From: Vibrio vulnificus CMCP6
GTDB lineage: Bacteria; Pseudomonadota; Gammaproteobacteria; Enterobacterales; Vibrionaceae
Direction of reading: 5' to 3'
DNA length: 32,000 nt
NCBI RefSeq assembly: GCF_000039765.1
Contig: NC_004459.3
Location: 2,211,127 to 2,243,126, forward strand
Position 1 is the stretch's first letter, and each line of letters opens with the position of its first letter. Shown here piece after piece: positions 1-9,311 of this stretch. A program made the translations under genes and the position numbers. A model generated the notes under the pieces. The model worked only from the letters and a program-made list of their open reading frames with translations. It had not been told where the DNA came from and did not search any database.

Positions 1-346
1 CAAATTCAACAATCGCTTGATCAACGCTGTTATCGGCTTCGACTTTACGTGCTGCCACGATTTCTTCTTTGGTTAAACCCGTGCTTGATGCAATCAGCGT
101 GTGAGCGGATAGGCAGTATTGACAAGCATTGGCTTGACCTACCGCTAAAGCCACCAATTCACGTTGGCGAGCGGTCAGTTTGCCTTTGCCCAGCGAATCA
201 CCAAACGCCAGAATTGAGTTCAATACCGTTGGCGAGTGAGCGATGGTGGCGTAGAGGTTTGGCACCATACCGAGTTTCTTTTCGATCGCTGATAGTGTGA
301 TTTCCGCTGCGCCTTGTGGGTTAACCAGTTTTTGGATACGAGACAT
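1..346 (-). CDS. AhpD-core / carboxymuconolactone decarboxylase (CMD) family protein. The N-terminus is complete and the C-terminus runs off the window.
   Basis: Not in the ORF track because it is open at the window edge. My reverse-strand translation from the ATG (complement of 344-346) gives MSRIQKLVNPQGAAEITLSAIEKKLGMVPNLYATIAHSPTVLNSILAFGDSLGKGKLTARQRELVALAVGQANACQYCLSAHTLIASSTGLTKEEIVAARKVEADNSVDQAIVEF. CQYCLSAH matches the CxxCxxxH AhpD-core signature. An AGGA Shine-Dalgarno lies about 9 nt upstream. Confidence 0.7.
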   Translation of the reverse strand, partial: MSRIQKLVNPQGAAEITLSAIEKKLGMVPNLYATIAHSPTVLNSILAFGDSLGKGKLTARQRELVALAVGQANACQYCLSAHTLIASSTGLTKEEIVAARKVEADNSVDQAIVEF

Positions 347-450
347 AATGTTTTCCTTTTTGTGTGTGCTGATTTGTTGAAGAGATATTGACACAAGAAG
401 TAAGACGATTTATCACTAAAAGTCTTATTGGATATACCAAGGGTCTTTTT

Positions 451-1290
451 ATGGATGCACTATCGGCACTCGTTCAACACGCCGCCCCCAAAGCGAACTT
501 GTTTTTTAGTGGCAATCTTTGTGGCAGCTCGGAGAGCACAAGCCACGGGCAAGGTGGCCAATTGCACTTACTGAAAAGTGGAGAGCTGAATGTGTATGAG
601 TCGCACGGGCGCAAACATGTGTTAACTGAACCGACACTCATTTTCTACCCAAAGGGGCGCAAGCATTCTATTCAGTCACGCACGTTACAAGGCTGCGATC
701 TGGTGTGTGCAACGGTAAGCTTTCAAGATTCCCCTTTATTGAGAGCAATGCCCGAAGTGGTGGTGATTCCGTTAAGTCAATTGACGCATCTTGATTCCGT
801 GCTGAGCTTGCTGTTTGATGAGGCGTTTTCACAGCGCTACGGTTACGTCGCCAGCATCGCGCATTTGTTGGATCTGCTGTTGATTTTGCTGATCCGCCAT
901 TTGGTGGCAGAAAACATTTGTCAGGCAGGAGTATTGGCGGCGTTGGCTCATCCGAGATTGGCATCGTCACTTGAGGTGATGCATAACCAAATGGATCATC
1001 CTTGGACAATAGAGAGCCTTGCGCGAGAGGCAGGCATGTCGCGTGCCCGTTTTGCGGCCGTTTTCCAGCAGACGTTAGGACAGCCCCCGCTGACTTACCT
1101 GACAGAAGTTCGTTTACTTAAAGCGCAACAGTTATTGCTTTCAGGACAAGCGATAAAGTCGGTCGCGCTGGAGGTGGGCTACAGTGGCAGTGTTGCTTTT
1201 ACTCGCGCATTTAGCCGATGTTTTGATACCACACCGGCTCAATGGTTAGCGCTTCAGCAAGCACAAGCTCACACGAGTCCTGCTGAATAA
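451..1290 (+). CDS. AraC/XylS-family transcriptional regulator (N-terminal cupin-like sensor, C-terminal double HTH)
   Basis: The C-terminal region WTIESLAREAGMSRARFAAVFQQTLGQPPLTYLTEVRLLKAQQLLL...VALEVGYSGSVAFTRAFSRCFDTTPAQW is a typical AraC HTH pair. I prefer the ATG at 451 (MDALSALVQH..., the usual N-terminus of cupin-type AraC regulators) over the track's TTG at 388. Confidence 0.85.
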   Translation: MDALSALVQHAAPKANLFFSGNLCGSSESTSHGQGGQLHLLKSGELNVYESHGRKHVLTEPTLIFYPKGRKHSIQSRTLQGCDLVCATVSFQDSPLLRAMPEVVVIPLSQLTHLDSVLSLLFDEAFSQRYGYVASIAHLLDLLLILLIRHLVAENICQAGVLAALAHPRLASSLEVMHNQMDHPWTIESLAREAGMSRARFAAVFQQTLGQPPLTYLTEVRLLKAQQLLLSGQAIKSVALEVGYSGSVAFTRAFSRCFDTTPAQWLALQQAQAHTSPAE

Positions 1291-1328
1291 GCGGCATTCG
1301 GGAAGTAGAGAAGAGACGAAAAGGCCCC

Positions 1329-3092
1329 TCATGCCACTTCGGGAATCGCTTTTGGCGGCTCTTCCAAATCGGGCTCTTTTTGCACAGTAGGGACTTGACC
1401 TTCACCCACGGCGCTGAGGTAACAGCCACTGAGTTTGATGGCGAGATACATATCCGCGCGCAGCAAAATGCCACCTTCACTGGTGCTGATGCCCGTCAAT
1501 TCACACCACTGACGAAGGCGTCGTTTACGGCCGGCTAGAATCAAGCGAATTCCTCGTTTTTTCAGCGTTTCATGCACATCCGCGAGCGTTGCCATTACAC
1601 TCAAATCTAGGTGAGTGAAGCTAGAAACCGCATCCACCACCACGCAACCCACGTCTTTGGTGTGTTCCGCGTGTTCCAGTAAACGGCGCTTAAAATACGG
1701 TGCGTTGAAGTAGGTGAGTGGCGAGTTAAAACGGTAGATCACCATACCTGGGATCGGAGTCGCTTTGCCTGTGCCGTCGACGGTGCGAATGGTGCCTTCT
1801 TCATCCAACCCAAGCAATTGATCGCTTGGGCGCATAACGATGCGCAAGAACTGGAACAGACCCAACAACACCGCCAAGGTGATGCCCGGTATTACGCCAA
1901 TCACCAGCACAGAAACAAAAGTGATGGAGGCGAGATAGAAGGCGTCTTTGTCACGTTTTCGTAAGATCCAAATGCCTTTAAGATCAAGCAGCGACAGCGA
2001 GGCGATAATCAAGACCACTCCCAATGAGGCGATAGGAATAAACTGCAATGGCTGGTAGATAAACACGGCGATCACCGCAATGGTGATGGCAGCAATAATG
2101 GACACCAGTTGGGATTTTCCTCCATTGGCATCGTTGACTGCTGTGCGGGAATCGGCACCACTGATGGCAAATCCCTGTGAAAAGGCTGAAGCAATATTGG
2201 CAAAGCCTAAGGCGCGGAATTCTTTGTCGGCATCAATATCGTAGCCGTTTTTGGCCGCGAAGCTGCGGGCGGTCAGCATCATGCTGACAAAGCTCACCAT
2301 CGCCAAGTTGAGCGCTGGTACCACCAATTCACGAGTGACGCCCAGTTCAAACTCTGGCGTTTGGAAGTTAGGAAACCCGCCTTGTGTCAGCCCAACCACC
2401 GACACCCCAACTTCTTGCAAACGCAAAAGCCAAACGGAGGCGGTGGTGATGAGGATCGCCAACATCGCTGCAGGCCAGCTAGGACGAAATCGCTTGGTGA
2501 TCAGATAGACGGCCACAGTGGCCACGCTGAGCGCCAATGTCGGCCAGTGCAAATCTGCCAATCGTTGTGGGGCTTCCCATAAACGTTCGAGTAGGTAGCG
2601 CTGCTCATATTTCCAGCCTACCACCTTGGCAAACTGGCCAACGATGATGGTGAGTGCCACACCATTGAGTAACCCCAAGAGGATCGGACGTGAAAGAAAG
2701 TCAGCCAAAATGCCCAATTTCAGGCGGCTTGCCAGTACGCACCACATTCCGGTCATCGCGGTCATGGTCATCACCAGTTGCCAGTGTTTGGTTGCATCAC
2801 CAGCGGCAAGCGGGGTTACCACAGCGGCAATCACTGCACACGTTGCGGCATCAGGTCCGACGATCAATTGCCTTGATGTGCCCATTAAGGCGTAAACCAA
2901 CATTGGCAATACGCACGAATAGAGACCGACAATCGCAGAAACCCCCGTTAATTGGGCGTAGGCGATAGCAACAGGCAGCGCGACGGCCACCACAGAAAAG
3001 GCGGCGCGAACGTCATCGGCGAGCCACTCTTTTTGATAGTGTTTTAATTGGACGAGTCCGGGGAACCACTGCGATAGGATTATTTTGGCCAA
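1329..3092 (-). CDS. SulP-family anion permease with C-terminal STAS domain
   Basis: 587-aa polytopic protein. The N-terminal segment DVRAAFSVVAVALPVAIAYAQLTGVSAIVGLYSCVLPMLVYALMGTSRQLIVGPDAA is the SulP signature region. The C-terminal segment MVIYRFNSPLTYFNAPYFKRRLL...RLILAG is STAS-like. The start codon appears to be TTG, and there is no in-frame ATG nearby. Confidence 0.9.
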   Translation of the reverse strand: MAKIILSQWFPGLVQLKHYQKEWLADDVRAAFSVVAVALPVAIAYAQLTGVSAIVGLYSCVLPMLVYALMGTSRQLIVGPDAATCAVIAAVVTPLAAGDATKHWQLVMTMTAMTGMWCVLASRLKLGILADFLSRPILLGLLNGVALTIIVGQFAKVVGWKYEQRYLLERLWEAPQRLADLHWPTLALSVATVAVYLITKRFRPSWPAAMLAILITTASVWLLRLQEVGVSVVGLTQGGFPNFQTPEFELGVTRELVVPALNLAMVSFVSMMLTARSFAAKNGYDIDADKEFRALGFANIASAFSQGFAISGADSRTAVNDANGGKSQLVSIIAAITIAVIAVFIYQPLQFIPIASLGVVLIIASLSLLDLKGIWILRKRDKDAFYLASITFVSVLVIGVIPGITLAVLLGLFQFLRIVMRPSDQLLGLDEEGTIRTVDGTGKATPIPGMVIYRFNSPLTYFNAPYFKRRLLEHAEHTKDVGCVVVDAVSSFTHLDLSVMATLADVHETLKKRGIRLILAGRKRRLRQWCELTGISTSEGGILLRADMYLAIKLSGCYLSAVGEGQVPTVQKEPDLEEPPKAIPEVA

Positions 3093-3159
3093 CAGATCTA
3101 CCCATAAATGCGGTTAAGTTACTGTAAAGTATACAGCGTTATTTTGTAACATTCGTGAG

Positions 3160-4089
3160 TTATTTATCGATAGCGGAGGGTAAATTCTCTTCTAGTGGGA
3201 ATTTTCGCTGATATCTTGGCAGCATTGACTCATTTCCTAACAAGCCTCCTTGGTGAATATAAAGCAGCGTTTTATCTTTATTCTCCTCTAACCAAGGGAG
3301 CAAGCAGCGCCACATGAGCGGGTCGTAAAGGAGGTCAAACTCAATATCGGTGTGATTGAGTAGAGACAACCAGGTTTGGTAGTCCTCTTTGTACAGCTTG
3401 CCGAAATGGTGCTTGTTGGCTGAGGTAAGGATCTGGGGATGGTCTGTTTCGCCTAGTTGCTCAAATTGGCTGGTGAGGTAGCTGTCGCCTCCGACACACG
3501 CACAGGTCAAAACATCGATGCCATGAGGTTTAAGGTATTTGTGCAGATAAAGTGCGGTGGTGCCGGTTCCTGACGGGAGCGCGATGACAAATTGTTTCGA
3601 CGGTTCAAAGCGTGACCAAGCCAACAGTTCCAAAGCCAACTGTTTGATGCCTTCTTCTGCCAGTTCAAAGCGCCCACCTTCTGGAACGACATAGCAGGCA
3701 TCTGATGGTTGTCTTACTTGTTCGATGTATTGCTGAGGATGCATGCCGGGGGTGTGTTGAGAAACCTCGATGATCTCCGCGCCGAGCTCTAACGCGCCAC
3801 GATAGTTACCTTGTGGGCGTAAGCGTAGCCATTCCGGTAAGTGGTCGACATAAAACTCGAGTTTCCAACCTTTTATGCGTGCCAGCGCGGCCAAAGAAAA
3901 GAGAGAGTTTGCTTGCGCGGAGCCATAACTGATCAGAGTGGTGATATTGGGCAAATTGGCGTTCAATAAGCTCATGAATTTTCTTGCCTTATTCCCGGTA
4001 AAGTGGGAATGCAACAAGTCGTCACGTTTTAGGTAAAAGGTATGACCGGCGTAACAATGTTGAGTAATGGGGCTGTTATCGAGTTTCAT
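3160..4089 (-). CDS. PLP-dependent enzyme of the ACC deaminase / D-cysteine desulfhydrase family
   Basis: 309 aa. The motif HFTGNKARKF matches the PLP-lysine motif (GNKxRK) of this fold-type II family, and a Gly-rich loop PSGTGTT is present. Substrate cannot be assigned from sequence alone. Confidence 0.8.
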   Translation of the reverse strand: MKLDNSPITQHCYAGHTFYLKRDDLLHSHFTGNKARKFMSLLNANLPNITTLISYGSAQANSLFSLAALARIKGWKLEFYVDHLPEWLRLRPQGNYRGALELGAEIIEVSQHTPGMHPQQYIEQVRQPSDACYVVPEGGRFELAEEGIKQLALELLAWSRFEPSKQFVIALPSGTGTTALYLHKYLKPHGIDVLTCACVGGDSYLTSQFEQLGETDHPQILTSANKHHFGKLYKEDYQTWLSLLNHTDIEFDLLYDPLMWRCLLPWLEENKDKTLLYIHQGGLLGNESMLPRYQRKFPLEENLPSAIDK

Positions 4090-4258
4090 AACGTGTGATG
4101 TTATTGACTTAAAAGAAAATAAACATAAATGATAAATTGGAAGGTCGTGTCGCTGCGATTTTAAGCGTTGAGAGAAAAAGTCTCAACACTAAGACGCAAC
4201 AGCTAGCGATACTTCAGTTCTTATAAAATACTACGTCAAGGCTGGAGCTTCAGAAAAC

Positions 4259-6754
4259 GTGCATTCGAGTTCAGATCAAAACATTCTACGGCTAATTCGT
4301 ATTATTCCGTTGTGTATCATTACAGGCTTTATGTTGATCTTGGTTGCAGTGATCGTCAATGGCAATAAAAGCCGAACTACGCAATTGATTGAAACACTGC
4401 GCAGCGATTTCACCGACAATCAAAAAGCCAACGTTGCACGACAAGTTGAAAGTGTTTATCAGCAGTTAGAGTATGAGCGCGGCCAAACGATTCATGTTCT
4501 TAAAGCCTCAGTAAAAGCCCGCACCTTAGAAGCTTATCAAATCATCGAAAGTATTTACAAAGCCAACCAACATCTTTCTGAGAAGGAAGTGACTCAACTG
4601 GTGATGGAAGCGCTGCGTGATGTCCGATTCAACGATGGACGCGGCTACTATTTTATCTACAAGATGGATGGCACAACGGTCATGCATCCTCTTCGTCCAG
4701 ATCTAGAACAAACCTCCACATGGGAATTGCAAGACACACATGGCGGCTATATTGCCCGAGATATTGTGCGCAATATTCGCAGTTCCACTGATGGGGGCGC
4801 GTTTTCTCGCTGGTGGTTTCAAAAACCGGGTTTTGGCACGCAAGAGTTTGAGAAAATTGGCTATGCCAAACACTTTGCCCCTTACGATTGGTTTATTGGT
4901 ACCGGCGAATACACGGTTGATGTGGAAGCGTATATCCAAAAACGGATGCTGAAATGGCTCTCAGAGTTTCGCTTTGATAGCAACGGCTACATTTTTGTGT
5001 TGAATATGGAAGGCGAAACCATCGCTCATATTGACCGTAGCAAGCTGAGCGTGAATCAACCGCACTTATTGCAGCTTTTCCTTGATGCGCTAGAGAAGAC
5101 CGGAGATGACAACGCCGCGTTTGTTCGCTATGAAAGTGCCTATGTTCCGAAAGCCGTGACCAGCGGAGAGAAAATCAGTTACGTCAAAAAGCTGCCGGAA
5201 TGGGGGTGGGTGATCGGTGGTGGGGTTTATCTGTCGGAGATCGAAAAATTCATTGATAAGCAAGGGCGTGATTTACGTGACCGTTACCGCTCTGAGCTGT
5301 TTAAAATTCTTACGCTTTGTCTGTTATTGGCGTTTGTTTTGGCGTCGTTATCACTGGCAGTCAGCCAGTACATTGGCCGTCGTTTTAATCAATATCAAAA
5401 ACGCATTCGCACCGATTTCAAAAAACTGGAACAGAGCCAAGAGCAGTTGGCTTACCAAGCGAAGCACGATTCTCTCACCAAACTGCCAAACCGCTCTTTG
5501 CTGGAAGTTCAAATAGTGTCGGGCATTCAACGTTGCCGAGCGAGTGGTAAGCAACTGGCGGTGATGTTTGTTGATTTGGATAACTTTAAGAAGGTGAATG
5601 ATCAGCATGGTCACAAAGTGGGTGACGAGCTGCTGCTCAGAGTGGGCGAGAAGTTCAGCCAACTGTTGCGAGCGGGTGACAGCGTAGCCCGTTTTGGCGG
5701 AGATGAGTTTGTCTTCTGTTTTGCTGAGCTAAGCAGCAAGGACGAGGCCGAAATGCTGGCAGAAAGCGTACGACGTTCATTGACCGATCATTTCATTTTG
5801 CATGGCGCTTTGGTGTCGACGTCGTGCAGTGTTGGTGTGGCGATGTATCCTCAAGATGGTGACAGTGCCGATCAGTTAATTGCCAATGCAGACATTGTGT
5901 TGTTCCGCTCGAAAGCTCAGCACAAAGGGCAAGTGATGTTCTATGATCAGAGCATTAACGAGCAGGTCCAATACGATTTCCTTTTGGAAGATGAGCTGAA
6001 ATACGCTATCGAGCGCGATGAGCTAGAGGTGTATTACCAACCGCAAGTGAACCCAAGAACGGGTCAGATTGAAGGTGTTGAAGCGCTATGTCGCTGGACC
6101 AATGGCTACCTTGGGGCGGTGTCACCGATGAAATTCATACAGATTGCCGAAATCTCTGGGCAGATCTTCGCGATTGGCGATTTTGTGCTGCGCAAAGCGT
6201 GTTTAGACATGAAATGGTTAGCGCAAACCACGGGGCGAACCATGCCCGTTTCGATCAATATCTCCCCGAAACAATTACTGCAAAAAGGTTTTGTTAATGG
6301 TGTGTATTGCGTCACTCGCGAGTTGGATATCGATTGCCGCTTGATCACCTTAGAGATTACCGAAAACGTATTTATCGAAGAGTTGGAAGAGGTTAAACCT
6401 ATCATGGAAGAGTTGCGCCAACTTGGCTTCCATATCTCGTTGGATGATTTTGGTACCGGTTTCTCGTCGCTCAGCTATTTGAATGCGCTACCCATCAGCG
6501 AAATTAAGATTGATCGCTCGTTTGTCAGCAATATGCTCAGCCGATCGCAGAGTGAAAGTTTGGTCAAGACCATCGTGGCGATTGGCCATTCCAACCGAAT
6601 TATTGTGGTGGCGGAAGGGGTCGAAACGGTTGACCAGCAAATCCGCTTGCACCAACTGGGCTGTGACCGTCTTCAAGGCTACTTGTTCTCTAAACCCGTG
6701 TCACTCAAAGATCTGGTGAACGTCATTGAAGCCAGCAGAACCGCACGCGTTTAA
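4259..6754 (+). CDS. Membrane sensor with tandem Cache-like periplasmic modules plus GGDEF and EAL domains (putatively bifunctional c-di-GMP enzyme)
   Basis: There is an N-terminal TM (IIPLCIITGFMLILVAVIV), two Cache-like repeats (GRGYYFIYKMDGTTVMHP and NGYIFVLNMEGETIAHI) and a second TM. The GGDEF domain is intact: LTKLPNR, DLDNFKKVND and RFGGDEF, with an RAGD I-site 5 residues upstream. The EAL domain is intact: EALCRW, EITEN, DDFGTGFSS, KIDRSF, EGVET and QGYLFSKP. The start is GTG, with a GGAG about 12 nt upstream. Confidence 0.9.
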   Translation: MHSSSDQNILRLIRIIPLCIITGFMLILVAVIVNGNKSRTTQLIETLRSDFTDNQKANVARQVESVYQQLEYERGQTIHVLKASVKARTLEAYQIIESIYKANQHLSEKEVTQLVMEALRDVRFNDGRGYYFIYKMDGTTVMHPLRPDLEQTSTWELQDTHGGYIARDIVRNIRSSTDGGAFSRWWFQKPGFGTQEFEKIGYAKHFAPYDWFIGTGEYTVDVEAYIQKRMLKWLSEFRFDSNGYIFVLNMEGETIAHIDRSKLSVNQPHLLQLFLDALEKTGDDNAAFVRYESAYVPKAVTSGEKISYVKKLPEWGWVIGGGVYLSEIEKFIDKQGRDLRDRYRSELFKILTLCLLLAFVLASLSLAVSQYIGRRFNQYQKRIRTDFKKLEQSQEQLAYQAKHDSLTKLPNRSLLEVQIVSGIQRCRASGKQLAVMFVDLDNFKKVNDQHGHKVGDELLLRVGEKFSQLLRAGDSVARFGGDEFVFCFAELSSKDEAEMLAESVRRSLTDHFILHGALVSTSCSVGVAMYPQDGDSADQLIANADIVLFRSKAQHKGQVMFYDQSINEQVQYDFLLEDELKYAIERDELEVYYQPQVNPRTGQIEGVEALCRWTNGYLGAVSPMKFIQIAEISGQIFAIGDFVLRKACLDMKWLAQTTGRTMPVSINISPKQLLQKGFVNGVYCVTRELDIDCRLITLEITENVFIEELEEVKPIMEELRQLGFHISLDDFGTGFSSLSYLNALPISEIKIDRSFVSNMLSRSQSESLVKTIVAIGHSNRIIVVAEGVETVDQQIRLHQLGCDRLQGYLFSKPVSLKDLVNVIEASRTARV

Positions 6755-6771
6755 GGCGTGACATCCACATA

Positions 6772-6800
6772 AAAAAGCCAAGGTCGAGACCTTGGCTTTT
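6772..6800. terminator. Bidirectional intrinsic terminator between convergent genes
   Basis: aaaaAGCCAAGGTCgaGACCTTGGCTtttt is a perfect GC-rich inverted repeat. An A-run on one side and a T-run on the other would serve both the + strand GGDEF-EAL gene and the - strand ygiQ. Confidence 0.75.
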
Positions 6801-6852
6801 GAACAACTTAGAGGCGCTTTGTGATGATCAGAGACGTCTCTTTTTATTGCTG

Positions 6853-9159
6853 TTAGCGAGCTCGTGACGGTTGGTTTCTGCCACCTGCACGTGGTGAGTT
6901 TTTCCCACCCGAGCTTTTCCCACCGGTGTTTGCACCAGAGCGTTGTGGATGTTTGCCACCAGTTGCTGAGCCTGAACGTGATGGAGCCGAGTTTGACTGG
7001 CCGCCACGTGTTGGTTTTTTGCCTGAACCAGCGTTAGCTTTATCACCCGGGAAACCCGGTTGGGTGCTGGTGTGTTTGGTAGCAAAACGGTTGGCACCAT
7101 GGCGGCCTGATTTACGACGCTGCGCTGGCGTGCGAGCATCCATATCTTCCGCTGGCACCAAACAGCCCGGTTTATCGCCGATCAAATACTTCTTACCCAT
7201 AGTGATCAGTGCTTCACGGATCAACGGCCAGTTGGCTGGATCGTGGTAACGCAACAGCGCTTTGTGCAGTCGACGCTGGCGATCCCCTTTGGCTACCGGC
7301 ACATCTTCACGCTGTTTGTACTTCACGCGTTTAAGTGGGTTAGTCTCAGAGTAGTACATCGAGGTGGCATTACACATTGGCGATGGGTAGAAGTTCTGTA
7401 CCTGATCGCACTCGTAATTGTTCTTCTTCAGCCACAATGCCAAGTTCAGCATGTCTTCATCGGTCGTGCCCGGGTGCGCAGAGATGAAGTACGGGATCAG
7501 ATACTGCTTCTTGCCCGCTTCTTGGCTGTACTTATCGAACATCTCTTTGAAGCGATCGTAAGTACCCATACCCGGCTTCATCATCAGGTCGAGAGGGCCC
7601 TTTTCGGTGTGCTCAGGGGCAATCTTCAAATAACCACCAACGTGGTGCGTAACCAGCTCTTTCACGTATTCAGGAGATTCAATCGCGAGATCATAACGAA
7701 CGCCCGAGGCGATCATCACTTTCTTCACCCCTTTAACCTGACGCGCTGCGCGGTAAAGGTCGATGGTGTGTTTATGATCGGTATTGAGCTTATTACAGAT
7801 ACCCGGGAAGACACACGAAGGGCGACGACAGTTGGCTTCGGCTTTTGGATCGCTACAACCAAGGCGATACATATTGGCTGTTGGCCCGCCTAAGTCAGAA
7901 ATGGTGCCCGTAAAGCCGGGTACTTTATCGCGGATCTCTTCCAGCTCGGTCAAAATCGACTCTTGTGAGCGGTTTTGAATGATGCGTCCTTCGTGCTCGG
8001 TGATTGAGCAGAATGAACAGCCACCAAAACAGCCACGCATGATGTTGACGGAGGTTTTGATCATGTCATAGGCAGGAATCTTCGCTTTACCATATTTAGG
8101 ATGCGGAACTCGCGCATATGGCAAACCGAACACATAATCCATCTCTTCTGTGGTCAGTGGGATCGGCGCTTGGTTTACCCACAGCTCGCGGTTACCGTGA
8201 CGCTGGATCAGTGCGCGGCCAGAATAAGGGTTGGTTTCCAAGTGGAGAATACGGCTGGCGTGCGCATAAAGAATGCGGTCGTTTTGCAGCTTCTCGAAAC
8301 TTGGCAAACGCACCGCAGTGGTCGCGGCGTCGTGACGCGAAGGACGAATAGTAATCGGCTGCGCTTTGGGCTCTTCCGATTTGGTTTCACACTGCGTTTC
8401 CACTTCGTATGGATTTGGCGGAATAAAGGCTTCTTTACGTGGCTTCTCGATGCGCGAGGAATCGATGATGGTGTAGCCTTCTGGCTCTGCCGCAAGGTTA
8501 ACCGCGGTGCCACGAATGTTGGTCATTTGAGCGATCTCTTCGCCCTCAGCCAAACGATGCGCCACTTCCACCAGTGCACGTTCTGCGTTGCCAAACAACA
8601 AAATGTCCGCTTTGGCATCAAGCAAAACAGAGCGACGCACTTTGTCGGACCAGTAATCGTAGTGAGCAACACGGCGTAGGCTTGCTTCAATGCCGCCTAA
8701 AACGATAGGCACGTCTTTATAGGCTTCACGACAACGCTGCGAGTAAACAAGAGTGGCGCGATCTGGGCGCTTGCCACCTTCATTATTTGGCGTGTAGGCG
8801 TCATCGTGACGTAATTTGCGATCTGAAGTGTAGCGGTTGATCATCGAGTCCATATTGCCTGAGGTGACACCAAAAAACAGATTTGGTTTACCAAGCGACA
8901 TGAAGTCGGTTTTGTCTTGCCACTGTGGTTGAGCAATGATGCCCACGCGAAAGCCTTGTGCTTCCAGTAAGCGACCGATGATCGCCATACCAAAACTCGG
9001 ATGGTCGACATAAGCATCGCCAGTGACTAGGACAATGTCACAGCTATCCCAACCCAATGCGTCCATCTCTTTTCTGCTGGTTGGCAGAAAAGGGGCGGTG
9101 CCAAAACATTCGGCCCAATATTTTTTGTGGGTATGGATAGGGGTAATGTCGCTGTGCAT
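6853..9159 (-). CDS. ygiQ: YgiQ-family (UPF0313) radical SAM protein with a long basic Gly/Ser-rich C-terminal tail
   Basis: 768 aa. The CxxxCxxC radical-SAM cluster motif is in [18 protein letters not shown]. The N-terminal half ([45 protein letters not shown]) is typical of YgiQ. A GAGG RBS precedes the ATG. Confidence 0.9.
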   Translation of the reverse strand: MHSDITPIHTHKKYWAECFGTAPFLPTSRKEMDALGWDSCDIVLVTGDAYVDHPSFGMAIIGRLLEAQGFRVGIIAQPQWQDKTDFMSLGKPNLFFGVTSGNMDSMINRYTSDRKLRHDDAYTPNNEGGKRPDRATLVYSQRCREAYKDVPIVLGGIEASLRRVAHYDYWSDKVRRSVLLDAKADILLFGNAERALVEVAHRLAEGEEIAQMTNIRGTAVNLAAEPEGYTIIDSSRIEKPRKEAFIPPNPYEVETQCETKSEEPKAQPITIRPSRHDAATTAVRLPSFEKLQNDRILYAHASRILHLETNPYSGRALIQRHGNRELWVNQAPIPLTTEEMDYVFGLPYARVPHPKYGKAKIPAYDMIKTSVNIMRGCFGGCSFCSITEHEGRIIQNRSQESILTELEEIRDKVPGFTGTISDLGGPTANMYRLGCSDPKAEANCRRPSCVFPGICNKLNTDHKHTIDLYRAARQVKGVKKVMIASGVRYDLAIESPEYVKELVTHHVGGYLKIAPEHTEKGPLDLMMKPGMGTYDRFKEMFDKYSQEAGKKQYLIPYFISAHPGTTDEDMLNLALWLKKNNYECDQVQNFYPSPMCNATSMYYSETNPLKRVKYKQREDVPVAKGDRQRRLHKALLRYHDPANWPLIREALITMGKKYLIGDKPGCLVPAEDMDARTPAQRRKSGRHGANRFATKHTSTQPGFPGDKANAGSGKKPTRGGQSNSAPSRSGSATGGKHPQRSGANTGGKSSGGKNSPRAGGRNQPSRAR

Positions 9160-9311
9160 AAAATAACCTCAGATTTTGCGAGCGCGAATTATAGCGGCTT
9201 GTGAGACCACTATCCACCACTACATAACCCTAGTTTTATCACGTATTTTCGCTAACCAAAGTCCACTGGTAAGAAGCAAGCTAAAAACTGTAGGGGCAGT
9301 CAAGGTTAGCG

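Noticed and set aside
49-300. 83-aa + strand ORF at the left edge
   Set aside because: It is antisense to the edge-truncated AhpD-core CDS, which has a clear family signature (CxxCxxxH) and an RBS. The + strand product has no features.
3122-3136. CTGTAAAGTATACAG upstream of the SulP gene, which resembles a LexA SOS box
   Set aside because: The spacing is CTG-N9-CAG, not the required CTG-N10-CAG (16-mer CTGT-N8-ACAG). No DNA-damage-related gene is nearby.
4167-4187. 7-bp stem-loop GTTGAGA-gaaaaag-TCTCAAC in the leader of the Cache-GGDEF-EAL gene
   Set aside because: It is short, has no T-tract, and does not overlap the RBS or start. There is too little evidence to call it a regulatory element.
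6832-6839. Perfect met-box octamer AGACGTCT within the palindrome GAGACGTCTC just downstream of the ygiQ stop
   Set aside because: It is a single isolated 8-mer, and MetJ needs at least two tandem boxes. It lies in a 3' region between convergent genes rather than a promoter. It is most likely a chance palindrome.
7243-8679. Long + strand ORFs (216 aa at 7243-7893, 192 aa at 8101-8679, and others) inside the ygiQ locus
   Set aside because: They are antisense to a 768-aa ORF with unmistakable radical SAM/YgiQ sequence. Their products are low-complexity (R/V/H/F-rich) and have no recognisable motifs or RBS. They are typical shadow ORFs.
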